A program made the translations under genes and the position numbers. Shown piece after piece: positions 48,664-61,090 of a DNA stretch of 64,000 nt. The stretch comes from Oopsacas minuta. Lineage: Eukaryota; Animalia; Porifera. The stretch covers positions 310,001 to 374,000 of the forward strand of contig JAKMXF010000144.1 in NCBI GenBank assembly GCA_024704765.1, given 5' to 3'. The notes below the pieces were generated by a model. The model was not told the DNA's origin. It was given only the letters and a program-made list of their open reading frames with translations, and made no database searches. The number at the start of each line of letters is the position of its first letter. The first letter of the stretch is position 1.

Positions 48664-49937
48664 ATGGCTGATTGGCAGAGAATACAGTCACGTAAAATGT
48701 TACAAGACCACGACAGAAGAGACCCCCTCACAGGTGAGAAGAACCACAGGGAACATCTCTTAAGACTACAACAGGATATAGATCATGCTATCACAGATTC
48801 TTTGATCTCTGCTCCGACAGACGATGATATGGATATTCTCAGGCATCTTACACGTCAAAACAAACGAGTAAGTTATGAAAAAAACCTTTTATTTATTATA
48901 ATGTGTTAGAATTGGCATGGGTATCCACTGGTGAAAAGGTTGGAAACAGCTGATTTAACTATTCTGTCTAATAGCTGAGAGAGCATGGATTGACTCTAAG
49001 AGAACAAGTTCACAGGAAGGAACAGATCTACAGACTGAGGATAGCAGACAAGAGACACGAGACCAGAGCATTTGAGGAGATGATTGATGATCTAGAGAAG
49101 TCTAACGAGAGATTGAAGGATTACTACGAGCTGTATAAAGGTACAGGTATGCATCTAGATATTGATGGCATCAGGAAACAGAGAGAAAATGAACCAGCTA
49201 ACATCCCTCACTACCGAAAGAATGTGTATGATAAATATAAACAGGCTTATCCATCCATTAGACCAGAGATTAGTAAGAAAACGCTGGCAGAGATGGTGCA
49301 ACTGAAGACAAGTTTGAGGGACAAGGCGAGCAGAGGGGAACTCCTCTTGGGAGGGGGGGACGAGACAAAGAAAATGAGAGATCAGATGCAGAGACTGAAA
49401 ATGGAGAAAGAGAAAATGTTGAAAGGTATTTCAGCTCTTACAGGAAGGAGAGGAACAGATATTAGCTTACCTAAAGGAGCTACTGATATCTCTAAAGATA
49501 AACTGAAGGAAATAGCTATGATGAAATTACTAGCTCAGAAGAAAGGTAGGAAAATGGATCTTGACCTGTCAAGCAGTGACAGTGACAGTAACGTGTTTGA
49601 GAGCAGTAGTGAGACTGATGATGATGAAGATATAGCTGAAAAATGGAAGAGAATGAAAGAGGAAAAATACAAGAAACTCAGAAAAATGTCAGATGCAGTT
49701 GAGAGCTTACACGGCGACTCTCCTAAGGAATACAGAGATAGACGTAAAAGACGACAGAACATAGAGATTAGTAAGAAGCAAAGAAATGCAGGAGCAGCAG
49801 CTGGACAAGTTGAAGAGATCACTCAGAGACTGAAAGAGTTGGAAGAGAGATCTGCTAAAGTTTTCGCACAGAAATCAAAAATAGATTCTTTGATAGAACA
49901 GCACAAACAGGAAGCAGAAGATATTTCTGATGATTAG
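48664..49937 (+). CDS. Uncharacterised charged coiled-coil protein
   Basis: Exons 48664-48867 and 48975-49937 (CGA|GTAAGT ... TAATAG|CTG); K/E/R-rich heptads and an acidic Ser tract SSSDSDSNVFESSSETDDDED. Confidence 0.75.
48911..48952 (+). mobile_element. MITE family D right-end fragment in intron
   Basis: GGGTATCCACTGGTGAAAAGGTTGGAAACAGCTG matches the right end of 50024-50110. Confidence 0.55.
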
Positions 49938-50023
49938 CATTCACTTAAATATTATTTTGAGAATGATACTATCCTTACTATTCATTACAACTTTAACTGA
50001 CAATCATATAATTATGTGTACAG

Positions 50024-50110
50024 CAACGGTTCTCAACTGGGAGCCACGGACCCGTTGGTGATCCTCAGCCGACAGCAGGGGTCCACGGGTGGAAATGTTG
50101 GGAACAGCTG
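50024..50110 (+). mobile_element. MITE family D (hAT/Charlie-like), complete short copy
   Basis: TIRs CAACGGTTCTCAAC / GTTGGGAACAGCTG; internal GGGGTCCACGG. Confidence 0.7.
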
Positions 50111-50181
50111 GTATAGAACATTTCGTGGAGTTACTAGTATAATTTCTCGTTACAAATAATACTACATAAATTTTGCTAGCC

Positions 50182-50826
50182 ATGAATATTCGTAATTGCA
50201 CTATTGACGATATGATAAACATGCAGAACTGCAATCAACTGTGTCTGCCCGAGAACTACCAGCTAAAGTACTACCTGTACCATGGATTATCCTGGCCACA
50301 ACTCTCCTACGTAGCTGAGGACGAGAGCGGTAAGATAATCGGCTACGTCCTGGGTAAAATGGAGGAGGAATCAGAGGACGTGCCACACGGACACATTACT
50401 TCACTAGCTACACGTCGTACTTACAGACGTTTAGGTTTAGCTAGGAAGCTCATGGACCAAACATCACAAGCTATGATAGATAATTTCGGAGCTGAATTCT
50501 GCTCACTACATGTGAGAGTTAGTAACAGGGCTGCTCTGCAGCTCTACGCAAGGAATCTCGGATTTACACAAACAGGGATAGAACCTAAATACTATGCAGA
50601 TGGGGAGGATGCTTACGCCATGAGGAAGGATTTTAAAGGATGGAAACGAAGATCTGATAAGGATATTATAGTCCCTAAAGTCGGTGAGATTGCTATTACC
50701 AAACAGGTGGAGCAGTTATCGATAGATGGAACTTGTGGGGGACCAGATGACGTCATTAAGGGAGCTGAAGGTGTGAAAAATGTAGTGGATAATAATAGGA
50801 AATTAGAAAATAGTAAAAATGAATGA
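50182..50826 (+). CDS. NAA10: N-alpha-acetyltransferase 10 (NatA catalytic subunit); single exon
   Basis: MNIRNC...[62 protein letters not shown]. Confidence 0.97.
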   Translation: MNIRNCTIDDMINMQNCNQLCLPENYQLKYYLYHGLSWPQLSYVAEDESGKIIGYVLGKMEEESEDVPHGHITSLATRRTYRRLGLARKLMDQTSQAMIDNFGAEFCSLHVRVSNRAALQLYARNLGFTQTGIEPKYYADGEDAYAMRKDFKGWKRRSDKDIIVPKVGEIAITKQVEQLSIDGTCGGPDDVIKGAEGVKNVVDNNRKLENSKNE

Positions 50827-51080
50827 GATAACTTTCTAGAATTATTTCAATTTAATAGTGTTCTTTGTGTTAGAATCTTATTACTAATGCTATTAGGGGC
50901 AATTTCATAAACATCCACTGTTCTCAGGCCAAAATAACTTTAAAATTCATGTCTGTAATATCGATACAGTATCGTGTTATTTGAAATTGATCTCCTAACA
51001 TTTGTAATTAACCCAAAAGATAATAGTCGATTGGCTTCATAAACCTACAAAGAATACAAATATATAGAATATTTATTGTT

Positions 51081-51971
51081 CTACATTTCTTTAGTAAGAG
51101 TTTGTAATGAGTTAGTGTAGAATTTAGGTTTGCATTCAGAGGCAGGTTTAGCAAGCTCCTTGTCCAGCTGTTCTCTACTTGTTACCCCAGAGAGTGTCAG
51201 AACTGTTTTTAACCCATTTCTATTCCCGAATGCGATATCAGTTCCCAATCTATCTCCTACCATTACTGTTCTATCTTGATCAATATTTGCCATGCTCTTT
51301 AGACATTCAAATATAGGAGAGTGTGGCTTCCCGATAACTACAGGTTCCCTCTGACTCACAAACTTAACGGCTTCTAGCAAACTCCCAGACCCCGGCAATA
51401 TAACCTTAGTACCAGTTGGCAGTATATTATCCTCATTAGTAGCTATGAATTTACAATTAGGATCTGAGAGATAGGTAGCAGCTAGTGTCATTTTCTTGTA
51501 ATTGAAATATTCGTCAAATCCCACGATTACGCCTGTTATATCAGGATCTAAAGGAATACTGCTCCAAGCGTCCAGCTCACCAGAGGTCAAATCAGGCCCC
51601 ACCTTCGAGGTGTTAATCCCGAGCTCATTTAGTTCCTGTTTGAACCCGGGCCTGCCCATTAAGTAAGCCTTTCCTTCGAAATTTAGAACATTCTTCATGT
51701 AGTATCCCGTTGCGAAGGCAGTGCATATTATCTGTTCGAATTCAACCGGGTATCCAAGTGTAGTGAATTTCTTTACATACTCAACACGGGATTTTGTGCT
51801 ATTATTAGTAACAAAGAATATTCTCTTGTTACGGGATTTTAGATAAGTTATAGCCTCAACACCTCCTGGAATTATGGTGTTACCTTCCCATAGAACTCCG
51901 TCACAATCGAATAGGAAATTGTCAATATTAGAGATCAGTAGTTCCCAATCTTTACCATTTAAAAGCTCCAT
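51081..51971 (-). CDS. PGP: HAD-IIA phosphatase (phosphoglycolate/glycerol-3-phosphate phosphatase, PGP/PDXP-like); single exon
   Basis: FLFDCDGVLW (DxD), VTNNSTKSR, IGKP, MVGDRLGTDI. Confidence 0.9.
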   Translation of the reverse strand: MELLNGKDWELLISNIDNFLFDCDGVLWEGNTIIPGGVEAITYLKSRNKRIFFVTNNSTKSRVEYVKKFTTLGYPVEFEQIICTAFATGYYMKNVLNFEGKAYLMGRPGFKQELNELGINTSKVGPDLTSGELDAWSSIPLDPDITGVIVGFDEYFNYKKMTLAATYLSDPNCKFIATNEDNILPTGTKVILPGSGSLLEAVKFVSQREPVVIGKPHSPIFECLKSMANIDQDRTVMVGDRLGTDIAFGNRNGLKTVLTLSGVTSREQLDKELAKPASECKPKFYTNSLQTLTKEM

Positions 51972-52062
51972 AGAAAACTAACAAATCTGTGTAACAGAAA
52001 TTTAGTTATTTTCATTCATTAATATTTGTATAAGCTTGGACAAATTCCCGTGATTCATATTA

Positions 52063-52206
52063 CAGTGTAACCCCCAAAAAGGAGGTGACAGGAACGTCAA
52101 AAATGCTCCCCCGCGGCCCGTTTGTGGAGGTTGATTTATTTGGGACTAGGAATTCGCTCAATTTATCTTCACTCCGTTTCCACAGGCCTGTTTGTGGAGT
52201 ACATTG
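52063..52206. mobile_element. MITE family B between the PGP and NPEPPS start codons
   Basis: TA-CAGTGTAACCCCCAAAAA ... TTTGTGGAGTACATTG-TA; internal block shared with 11554-11721. Confidence 0.72.
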
Positions 52207-52235
52207 TAATCGAATTAATTCTCCTAATTAGTAAA

Positions 52236-55200
52236 ATGGCTGCGGTAGAGAAGAAACCTTTTCAACGTCTACCCACAAAGGTTATACCTAAGAATTACGA
52301 CCTACACATAACACCTGATCTAACTGCTCTCACATTCCTGGGTAAGGTATCCGTTACTGTGACAGTTAAGGAACAGACTAACGTCATCAAACTAAACTCA
52401 GTTGACATAAAGGTGTCAACATGCCACTTTAAATCTGCAAGTGGCACACTAGAGGGTAAAGTGGAATATGACGAAACAGCTGAGACGATAAGTGTTATAT
52501 TCACTCAACAGCTGGCCATAGGAGAAGGTAGCCTCCTACTGGAGTATGCTGGGAACCTTAATGACCTCATGAAAGGATTCTATAGGTAATTATAATCATG
52601 ACGTCACTGTACTATCTTATAGTGTATTATATTTACAGGTCAAAATACACCACCCCTTCAGGAGAGGAGAGATACGCGGGTGTGACTCAATTCGAACCTA
52701 CTGACGCTAGGAGGGCCTTACCCTGTTGGGATGAACCAGCCCTGAAGGCCACTTTTGATGTAACACTATGTGTCCCCAAGGACAGGACTGCCCTCTCTAA
52801 CATGCCAGAAAAATCTGTGAAAGATCTCGGAGATAAACGCGAAATTGTATTTGAGAGAACTCCAATAATGTCTACATACCTATTGGCATTCATCGTTGGT
52901 AAGCTAGTCGCTATCCTATAGTTCTATACAATAGTTTAACATATTTGTGCAGGTGAATATGAGTTCGTAGAAGAGAAGGATAAATACGGAGTGCTACACA
53001 GAGTATACACACCGCTCGGTAAGAAAGAACAGGGAAAATGGGCTCTAGAGGTCTCTGTAAAAGCTCTCACGTTCTACAGAGAATATTTTGACATTCCATA
53101 TCCTCTATTAAAGATGGATCTTATCGCTATAGCTGATTTCGCAGCAGGAGCAATGGAAAATTGGGGACTAGTAACCTATAGAGAAAGACTCTTGCTTATC
53201 GATCCTCTCCAGTCCTCTCTCATGACCAAGAGACGAGTAGCACTCGTGGTGGCTCATGAATTGGCTCATCAGTGGTTCGGCAATCTGGTGACAATGGAAT
53301 GGTGGACACATTTATGGCTGAATGAAGGATTCGCTACTTTTATGCAATACCACTTCACACATATTGCTTACCCTGAGTATGATATATGGACCCTATTCGT
53401 AGATGAGACCCTTTCCTCTGCCCTCGCTCTAGATGGGATGGCATCTAGTCACCCAATAGAGGTTCCCGTAGGACACCCTTCAGAAATAGATGAGATATTC
53501 GATATAATATCCTACCACAAAGGATCGTCTGTTCTTAGAATGCTACATGATTATATTGGTGATGATGACTTCAAGAAGGGACTGAATCAATACCTGACGA
53601 AGTATAGCTACAAGAATGCAGAGACAGAAGATCTCTGGGCTAGTTTAGAGAAAGCTTCTGGCAAGCCAATTCAAAAAGTGAGTTATTTCCCTGCTTATGT
53701 AGTACAGTCAACTCCCATTATATCGAATACCCGCTTATATAGAAGTCTGAAATTGTATAAATTTGGTCCCAAGCCGTCAAAGTAACATAAATTCAATCGG
53801 TTTTATCGAACTCCGCTTATAGTAATTATCGCGGTCCCTTGAGCTTGGATATGACGAGAGTTGCCTGTAGTAATTTTATTCGTAAACACAAAAAACTAAA
53901 TATCCTTCTCAGCTTTTCTCTTTTGCTGTTGCTTCCTTATCCATTGTCTGTAGTCACTCAGTGTATAAATCTTCTCTCCATGGTAGTCATCCTCCCAGGA
54001 CTGTTGAGTAGTCCCCTTGAATCTGTAGGCAGCTATTCTCTGCATGAGATCTTTGTCTCTCTGTGAGAGCTCCTTTGATATTTCGGGGTGAGTTAGATGC
54101 CATATGGCAGAAGTTCCATGATTCATTGCCAGGTAACCAATCAGGAGCGAAGATATGCCTCCCATTCCCAATATGATAAGTGGGTCTATTCCTAGAATAG
54201 GCTTAACTTCCTCCTGAGACATCGTGAATAGATCTGGTTGATATCGAATGAACATTTCGATAAACCCATACATTGACACTATCCCACCCAGCATTCCCAT
54301 GCCTAAATCACGCCATTTCATACGCCTACGAATAGACCTGTATTCCTTGAATGTCAGAGCGAACGGAGGCTTGCTTGTGGGGTTATTGGGTGTGGAGGAG
54401 AGGGATCGCTTGTTGTATGGATTATGGTTGTATGACGTCAGTCTGAGGGAGGTAGTGCTTAGCATGCGGTAAGCCATTCTAATACTAAAGTACACAGTGG
54501 AACCCCGTTAATAAGAACACCAACGGAAGTGATATTGTAGAGACGTAATATGTGAAAATATTTGTTCATCTTATCCCAGAAATTCGTATATTAACGAGTT
54601 CCATTGTATACTGTATTAGAGAAGTATGGAAACCATTTACATCACATTTAAATAAGCTTACGCGCACTAATAAATGAATTAAAATGGCTTCCTTTTGAAA
54701 ATATTATTAGCGGACATAATCATTACAAATATGTCTGTGAGAATTTTCGCAATATTTTAATCTCTTCTAATTAGAGCAAGTTTGTAATAAAGTACATATG
54801 ATAAAGATCTGTTAATATGACCTCATAGCTCATAGAAAAATTTTGCGGAATGTTTTCACTAATTTACCCCTTTTGATCCCAACAGACAGGTCATAGGCTT
54901 TGGACAGGTTTATTTTATTTAAATAAGTTTGAATTTTTTATTTATTGGAAGAATAATTTTAATTCAGAAACACAGATTAAATATTCGCTGAATCCATAAG
55001 AGATTTCTGTTTGTTTGGGAGATTTGATTTGATTTATTAGTTGCGACTGAGGATACTAGCCATATGGTTGTTTCCCTGGATACGGAATCTCTGTAAGGAA
55101 TTCTGTCTCTTTGATAAAATAGAGTCTTCTTCCCATCGCTTGCTCCCTTGTCGCACCAAATACTGATATGTCCTACCTGTGAATCTGAATTTTGAGCCTC

Positions 55201-58200
55201 TTTTTAGAAAGCTCAGCTTTTTAGGAGGTAACATAGTTTTGCTGCATCGAAAAAATCCATGATGCTCAATACAAATCTTCCAAACCTTAGAAATAATAAA
55301 TATAAGCATATTTGTTCACTGATGGTTGCTATGCTAATAATTACCTGTTTGGCTATTCTCTTATTCTCCAGTTTGAATACTATAATATCTCTATGACCAT
55401 CTCCGTCACTATGTAATCGTGATAAAATCGGCACTAGATGGATCAATAGTTTATTTTTCCTGTATTCTATACGAGATATTCGTAGCCATGGGATCTCGTG
55501 TAGTTTTATGAAGTTCGGCCATTCTCCTGTGTAGGTCGTTATACCCTTGCTGGAAATACCAACTAATAACGGAGGACCTGAAAGGATAGGTAATAATTCA
55601 AATAGAAGATTGATTAGAAATACTTTGACCATAATAATGTCTATTCCGCTAATCTCTACATATATCACTTATTCTATAGTTCATGTAATCGCTGACTCTT
55701 TAGAGATTACAGAGACAAATTTATACTTAGTGTACGAACTGATTAACAACCGCCTCCCTCTCTAGGAATGTGGTTAAATCAGTTTATACATAAATTCACA
55801 CATTGTACAAAAAGGTTCTGGTAACATGCTTGTATCAGCCTTGTGGTTAATTTATACGATTACTTTATGGATAAATCATTACCTCCAGATTGAACCATAG
55901 AAAAATGGATGCCATAGTATTGTAGCCTAGTAGCTCTGTCTAAAAATAGCTCGTCAGTCTCTGCTGGAGTTAAAGTCTTCTGTTCTTGATGTAATGTCCT
56001 GACATAACCCAGAATTGTGCTATCTTGATTCTGTAGTAGAGATAGCTTCTCTAGATAATCTAATGGACATACATAATGTAAACCCTTGGACTTGGACATG
56101 ATATATGATACAATGAACTTCCATATCCTGTTTTTGTGACTTTAAGTTATGCCCATTTTCATAGTTAGCTCGTTGGCATTCGGTTACACTCCTTAGCAAG
56201 GGAGGAGATTGCCGAGATGAATTTCTTAAATATAATTATTTGCTGACAATCAAAAATTAGTGAGTAACTAGTGACAAAAACGTAGATCATTTAGAGTATG
56301 TTGTCGGTATACGTATAATACCATGTCTGTTACACGTATAATCAAGCAATCACCAAATATGCTAATTTGTTTATTCCTTAATTGTTCTTCATGCTCCATT
56401 CCATATGGTATACTGTTTATGAGATATTCTCCAACAATTATCTGTTATTGTTAGACGTAATAATAAACTAGAAATTAGAGCTACACTCTATAGATATGAT
56501 CATAGAAAGGTCAGGTATTCTGAGATTGTACAGAATTAAGTAAATTTTGGTCAAATATGCGAAAGAACCTATTTGAGATATATTACATGAATAATTAAGT
56601 TGTATCTTACCAGTGTTAGGGTGTTCCTCTTCATTAAAGTCTCCTATCTCTGCCTGGGCTATGAGACTAGCCAGATAGACGGCGCTAGCAAAACTACAGG
56701 GCAGCTGTCCAGAGAACACATCTTGTCTTAGCTGTAATACTAAATAGTAACGTGTTATCTCATTGAAGATCTGCCGACTGTCTGGCGGGAACAATTTTAC
56801 CTATAATTAACATGAATTAATATATCCAAAAACGTATCTAATTACACTGCCAAGTGCATTAGAAATACAATTCAAATTGGATGAGAGTTATTTGTGTATC
56901 TTAAAAGTGTAAAATATTAATTACCTTGAGTGTGAATACGTAAACTTTATCGTTCGCCTTTTTATTAAAGTCAATTTGTTTCCTCAGAAGTTTGTTTGGT
57001 TCGATCCACTGACTCAATTCATTCGTAACAGTCAATAAACCGAAAAAATCGCATTCTTCGATCCCAAGAAACATGAAAACTCTTCTCAACAAATCTTGTC
57101 CCTTTGCATCATAATCTACTTGTGTTGTATATTCCTGACCCTCGTAATAATCGATTCGACATTTAATCTGTGTCTTTAAAGATTGATTACTCAAAATATC
57201 TGATCTACTTTTAAAACTCATATTAATCTTATTCAAATAATTATTGCAATAATTCAAAGCTTTTATATAAATCATTGGTATATTGCGTAGACACTTTTGT
57301 ATATGATTCTAGTCCACATTACTAGCAAGTCAATACACGCTATTGATAATGCGTATAATTCAAGCTAAGTACTCGACAGGATTCGATTCGATTAAAACAG
57401 CCATAAAGTCATTTCAAAGGTTCCTTATGAGTGTTTGCATTTTTAGGTGATGCCGTCATGGACTAGACAGATGGGCTATCCTGTTATTTCTATCTCAGCT
57501 AACGGAGATGGTGACGATCTGTTGATTGATGTTTCACAGAGAAAGTTCAATTTGGATGGTACAGAATCTGATCCAAAGGACCAATGGGTTGTACCTATTG
57601 GTGTGGCGACAGATACAAATCCTATCGTATGTAAGTTCTTACTCGACACTCCCAAATCCCAGCAGAGACTGAAAAATGTGGTTAAAGAGGCGAATCATGT
57701 CAAATTGAATCCTAATCACAACGGATTTTATAGAGTTAGTTACTCTGAAGGAACATTTGAAAGGATCCTACAGGACCTGCTTAAAATGAGTCCGTCTGAC
57801 CGTCTGGGAGTCTTGAATGATCAGATGGCGTTGGCTAGAGGGGCGATAGCTAACACGACACAATGTCTAGACCTGATTAAAGTGATTGGGAGTCAAGAGG
57901 AGAATTATGTCGTATGGGCGGCGGTGGATAAATCGGTGGGGACATTCGAGGCAATATTCGAACAGCTGGGACAGAAAAAAGAGTTCAGTAAATTCGTGCA
58001 GGAACTTTATGATAGAATATACAAGAGTTTAGGATTCGATGCAAAGGAGGGAGAGAGCATTCTCAATTCTATGCTCAGGCCTCTCGTATTGAGCCGTCTG
58101 GGTAAACACGGACATTCTGAAGTACTCGCTAAATTCAGGTTAGTCATGACTCGATAAATTTGGCGTTTTGAATCCACTGGTTTAGCGCCTTATTCGCAAT

Positions 58201-59320
58201 TTGTAAAACGTTATTTAACATATTAATAATACATAGTTACGGTTCCAGATTCTACAAAGTCGACATTTGATTGAACCCAATTAACCTAGCAGTATTTATT
58301 GTTATGATTGCCACTAAAATGCTATATTGCTAATTATATGCAACAGTCTTAATACATTAATTCTTCATGATATAAATCAGCTGATTAGCAACAAGATTCT
58401 CTCTTATCTCCAAAACTGGCCTGAAATAATGTAAATTCCAATTGGTTACTAGGCTATTAATAATTTATATTATTAACTCACTATTATGATTATAATGTGC
58501 TATTGTAACAGAGTACAGTCACGTAAATACGTAGTCCTTCCCTCTAAAGAGTACCGCCTACGGTAGTAATATGATAAGTTAATTGTAAGGATATACTCTA
58601 CAATAGTTTGGCCGTATCATTTCAAATTAATCACTACGTCCTAACCTAACGAAACAATTAATTTTGCTATAGAAACTCAAAAGTTTGAACCATAGTAACA
58701 CTGATATCCTTATTGATATCAAATATCATACAAAACAATTCATTTCATATAGAGAGAAGTTTCAGCATCACTGCTCAGGAGCTGCTCCCATTCAAGCAGA
58801 CCTTAGAGCTTGTATATACTCAGCTATAGCTAGACATGGTGGAGAGGAGGCTTACAGTAATCTTATCAAGCTATACGAAGCTGGAGATTTAGCAGAAGAG
58901 AGGGTAAGATTATTGCAATGTGCTTCACAAACTGGAGATCGCTCTCTACTCTTAAGATTACTTGACTACTCAAGAAGTGATAAAGTACGTCATCAAGATC
59001 TGGTCAGTGTTCTATGGGGAGGTAGTGACACTCAAGAGGGTCTAAGCGTCTGTTATGACTACTTAAAGAGTAACTATCAATGGTACTACGATAATTTCAA
59101 AGGGATATTCCTAATGTCTTCTATCATTGGAGCATGCACTGGAGGATTCATGACATTAGAGAGAGCGGATGATGTAAAAAAATTCTTCGACTCTCACCCC
59201 TGCGAGGGTGCAGAGAGGAAAGTTCTACAAAGCATAGAGCAGATACAAATACGAGCTAAATGGGTGGAGAGAGACGGTGATAAGATGAAGGAATGGTTAG
59301 CTGGTCAGGGAAGCAAGTGA
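52236..59320 (+). CDS. NPEPPS: Puromycin-sensitive aminopeptidase (M1 family)
   Basis: Exons 52236-52585, 52639-52898, 52953-53677, 57447-58138, 58753-59320, phases consistent. QFEPTDARRALPCWDEP, GAMENWG, HELAHQWFGNLVTMEWWTHLWLNEG; exon 3/4 join gives KPIQK-VMPSWTRQMGYP. Confidence 0.95.
53705..53867. mobile_element. MITE family A in NPEPPS intron 3
   Basis: TA-CAGTCAACTCCCATTATATCGAA ... GAGAGTTGCCTG-TA. Confidence 0.85.
53896..54477 (-). CDS. PAM17: Pam17-like mitochondrial import motor subunit, nested antisense in NPEPPS intron 3
   Basis: Arg/Ser/Thr-rich, acid-free N-terminus; LTFKEYRSIRRR; two TM segments separated by ILGIDPLII; DDYHGEKIYTLSDYRQWIRK, compared with yeast Pam17 DYYGEKIGSLKEYKQWLRD (recalled). 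Confidence 0.85.
   Translation of the reverse strand: MAYRMLSTTSLRLTSYNHNPYNKRSLSSTPNNPTSKPPFALTFKEYRSIRRRMKWRDLGMGMLGGIVSMYGFIEMFIRYQPDLFTMSQEEVKPILGIDPLIILGMGGISSLLIGYLAMNHGTSAIWHLTHPEISKELSQRDKDLMQRIAAYRFKGTTQQSWEDDYHGEKIYTLSDYRQWIRKQQQKRKAEKDI
54495..54606. mobile_element. MITE family C just upstream of PAM17
   Basis: TIRs CAGTGGAACCCCGTTAATA / TATTAACGAGTTCCATTG-TA. Confidence 0.72.
55037..57221 (-). CDS. FERM + FERM-adjacent domain protein (band 4.1/FRMD3-5-like), nested antisense in NPEPPS intron 3
   Basis: Exons 57221-56925, 56800-56611, 56059-55883, 55577-55345, 55285-55037, in phase. ECDFFGL, VKLFPPD...TRYYLVLQLRQD, LQYYGIH, WLRISRIEYRK, VWKICIEHHGFFR, GSKFRFTGRT. Confidence 0.87.
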
Positions 59321-59634
59321 GTGCTGTAGAATTATTTAGTAGAGTTTGTTTGTTAGTTTTGATAGAATTCGTATTTCGAGTTTATTAGTAGCTGAGTTTG
59401 TTACAGGAATGAATCCACTAGCCTTATAATTAGAATCAATTAGAATAAATATCTATTACCCTTATTCGTATCTATGTTACTGCAGTAGGGTGGTGAATAG
59501 TTCTTGTGTATTATGTGTAGATAAAATAAGTGTTATATGCCATACAAACAAACAAACAACAGAGAGTAACTAGATAATCTGAGGTCACAAATCAAAGAAT
59601 TTTAATGTATTTGTATGCGAAAATAAAATAGAGT

Positions 59635-60756
<1,122 letters not shown>

Positions 60757-61090
60757 CTAAAAAACTTTTTAGGTCAAATTACTTACGCCACCTGCATCGT
60801 GTATAATTACAAATATTTGGTATAATTAATAGAAATTAGCAAGGGTTAGTCTATCAGGTAAACTTGATGAATGCCAATTGTAAGACAATCAAAGGAAGGA
60901 ATTCAACTTTCTTATTTCAGTTATTATCACCATACCAATGATGATGCAATCTGATTGCGTTTCACAATAGAGAACATCCATATGGTTATTTTAATCAAAA
61001 TATTGACACCTGTATGTATTGTCAATATAATCAGTATATTTCAAAATAATTAATAAACAACAATATACTACTAATTAGAATTGATAAACT

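Noticed and set aside
52122-52235. N-terminal extensions from TTG/GTG starts in the ORF track (NPEPPS, RAPGEF, ELOVL, SNRPF, NAA10, ADCY10, PAM17)
   Set aside because: Artefacts of bacterial-style start calling; homology begins at the first ATG and the extensions cross acceptor-like or MITE sequence.
2192-53869. Family A MITEs as intron-creating introner elements
   Set aside because: Splice sites lie outside the TIRs in unique flanks, so these are insertions into existing introns.
12376-59560. Short (TTTG)n/(CAAA)n tracts (12376, 18975, 25035, 40168, 59344, 59545) and frequent CAGCTG hexamers
   Set aside because: Could be regulatory or 3'-end elements, but enrichment cannot be shown without counting against a background model.
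60757-60786. GTAAGT...TTTTTTAG pair upstream of CDKL1, as a 30-nt intron or SL RNA-like donor
   Set aside because: Shorter than any supported intron here (44-47 nt minimum), and no convincing Sm site or stem-loops for an SL RNA.
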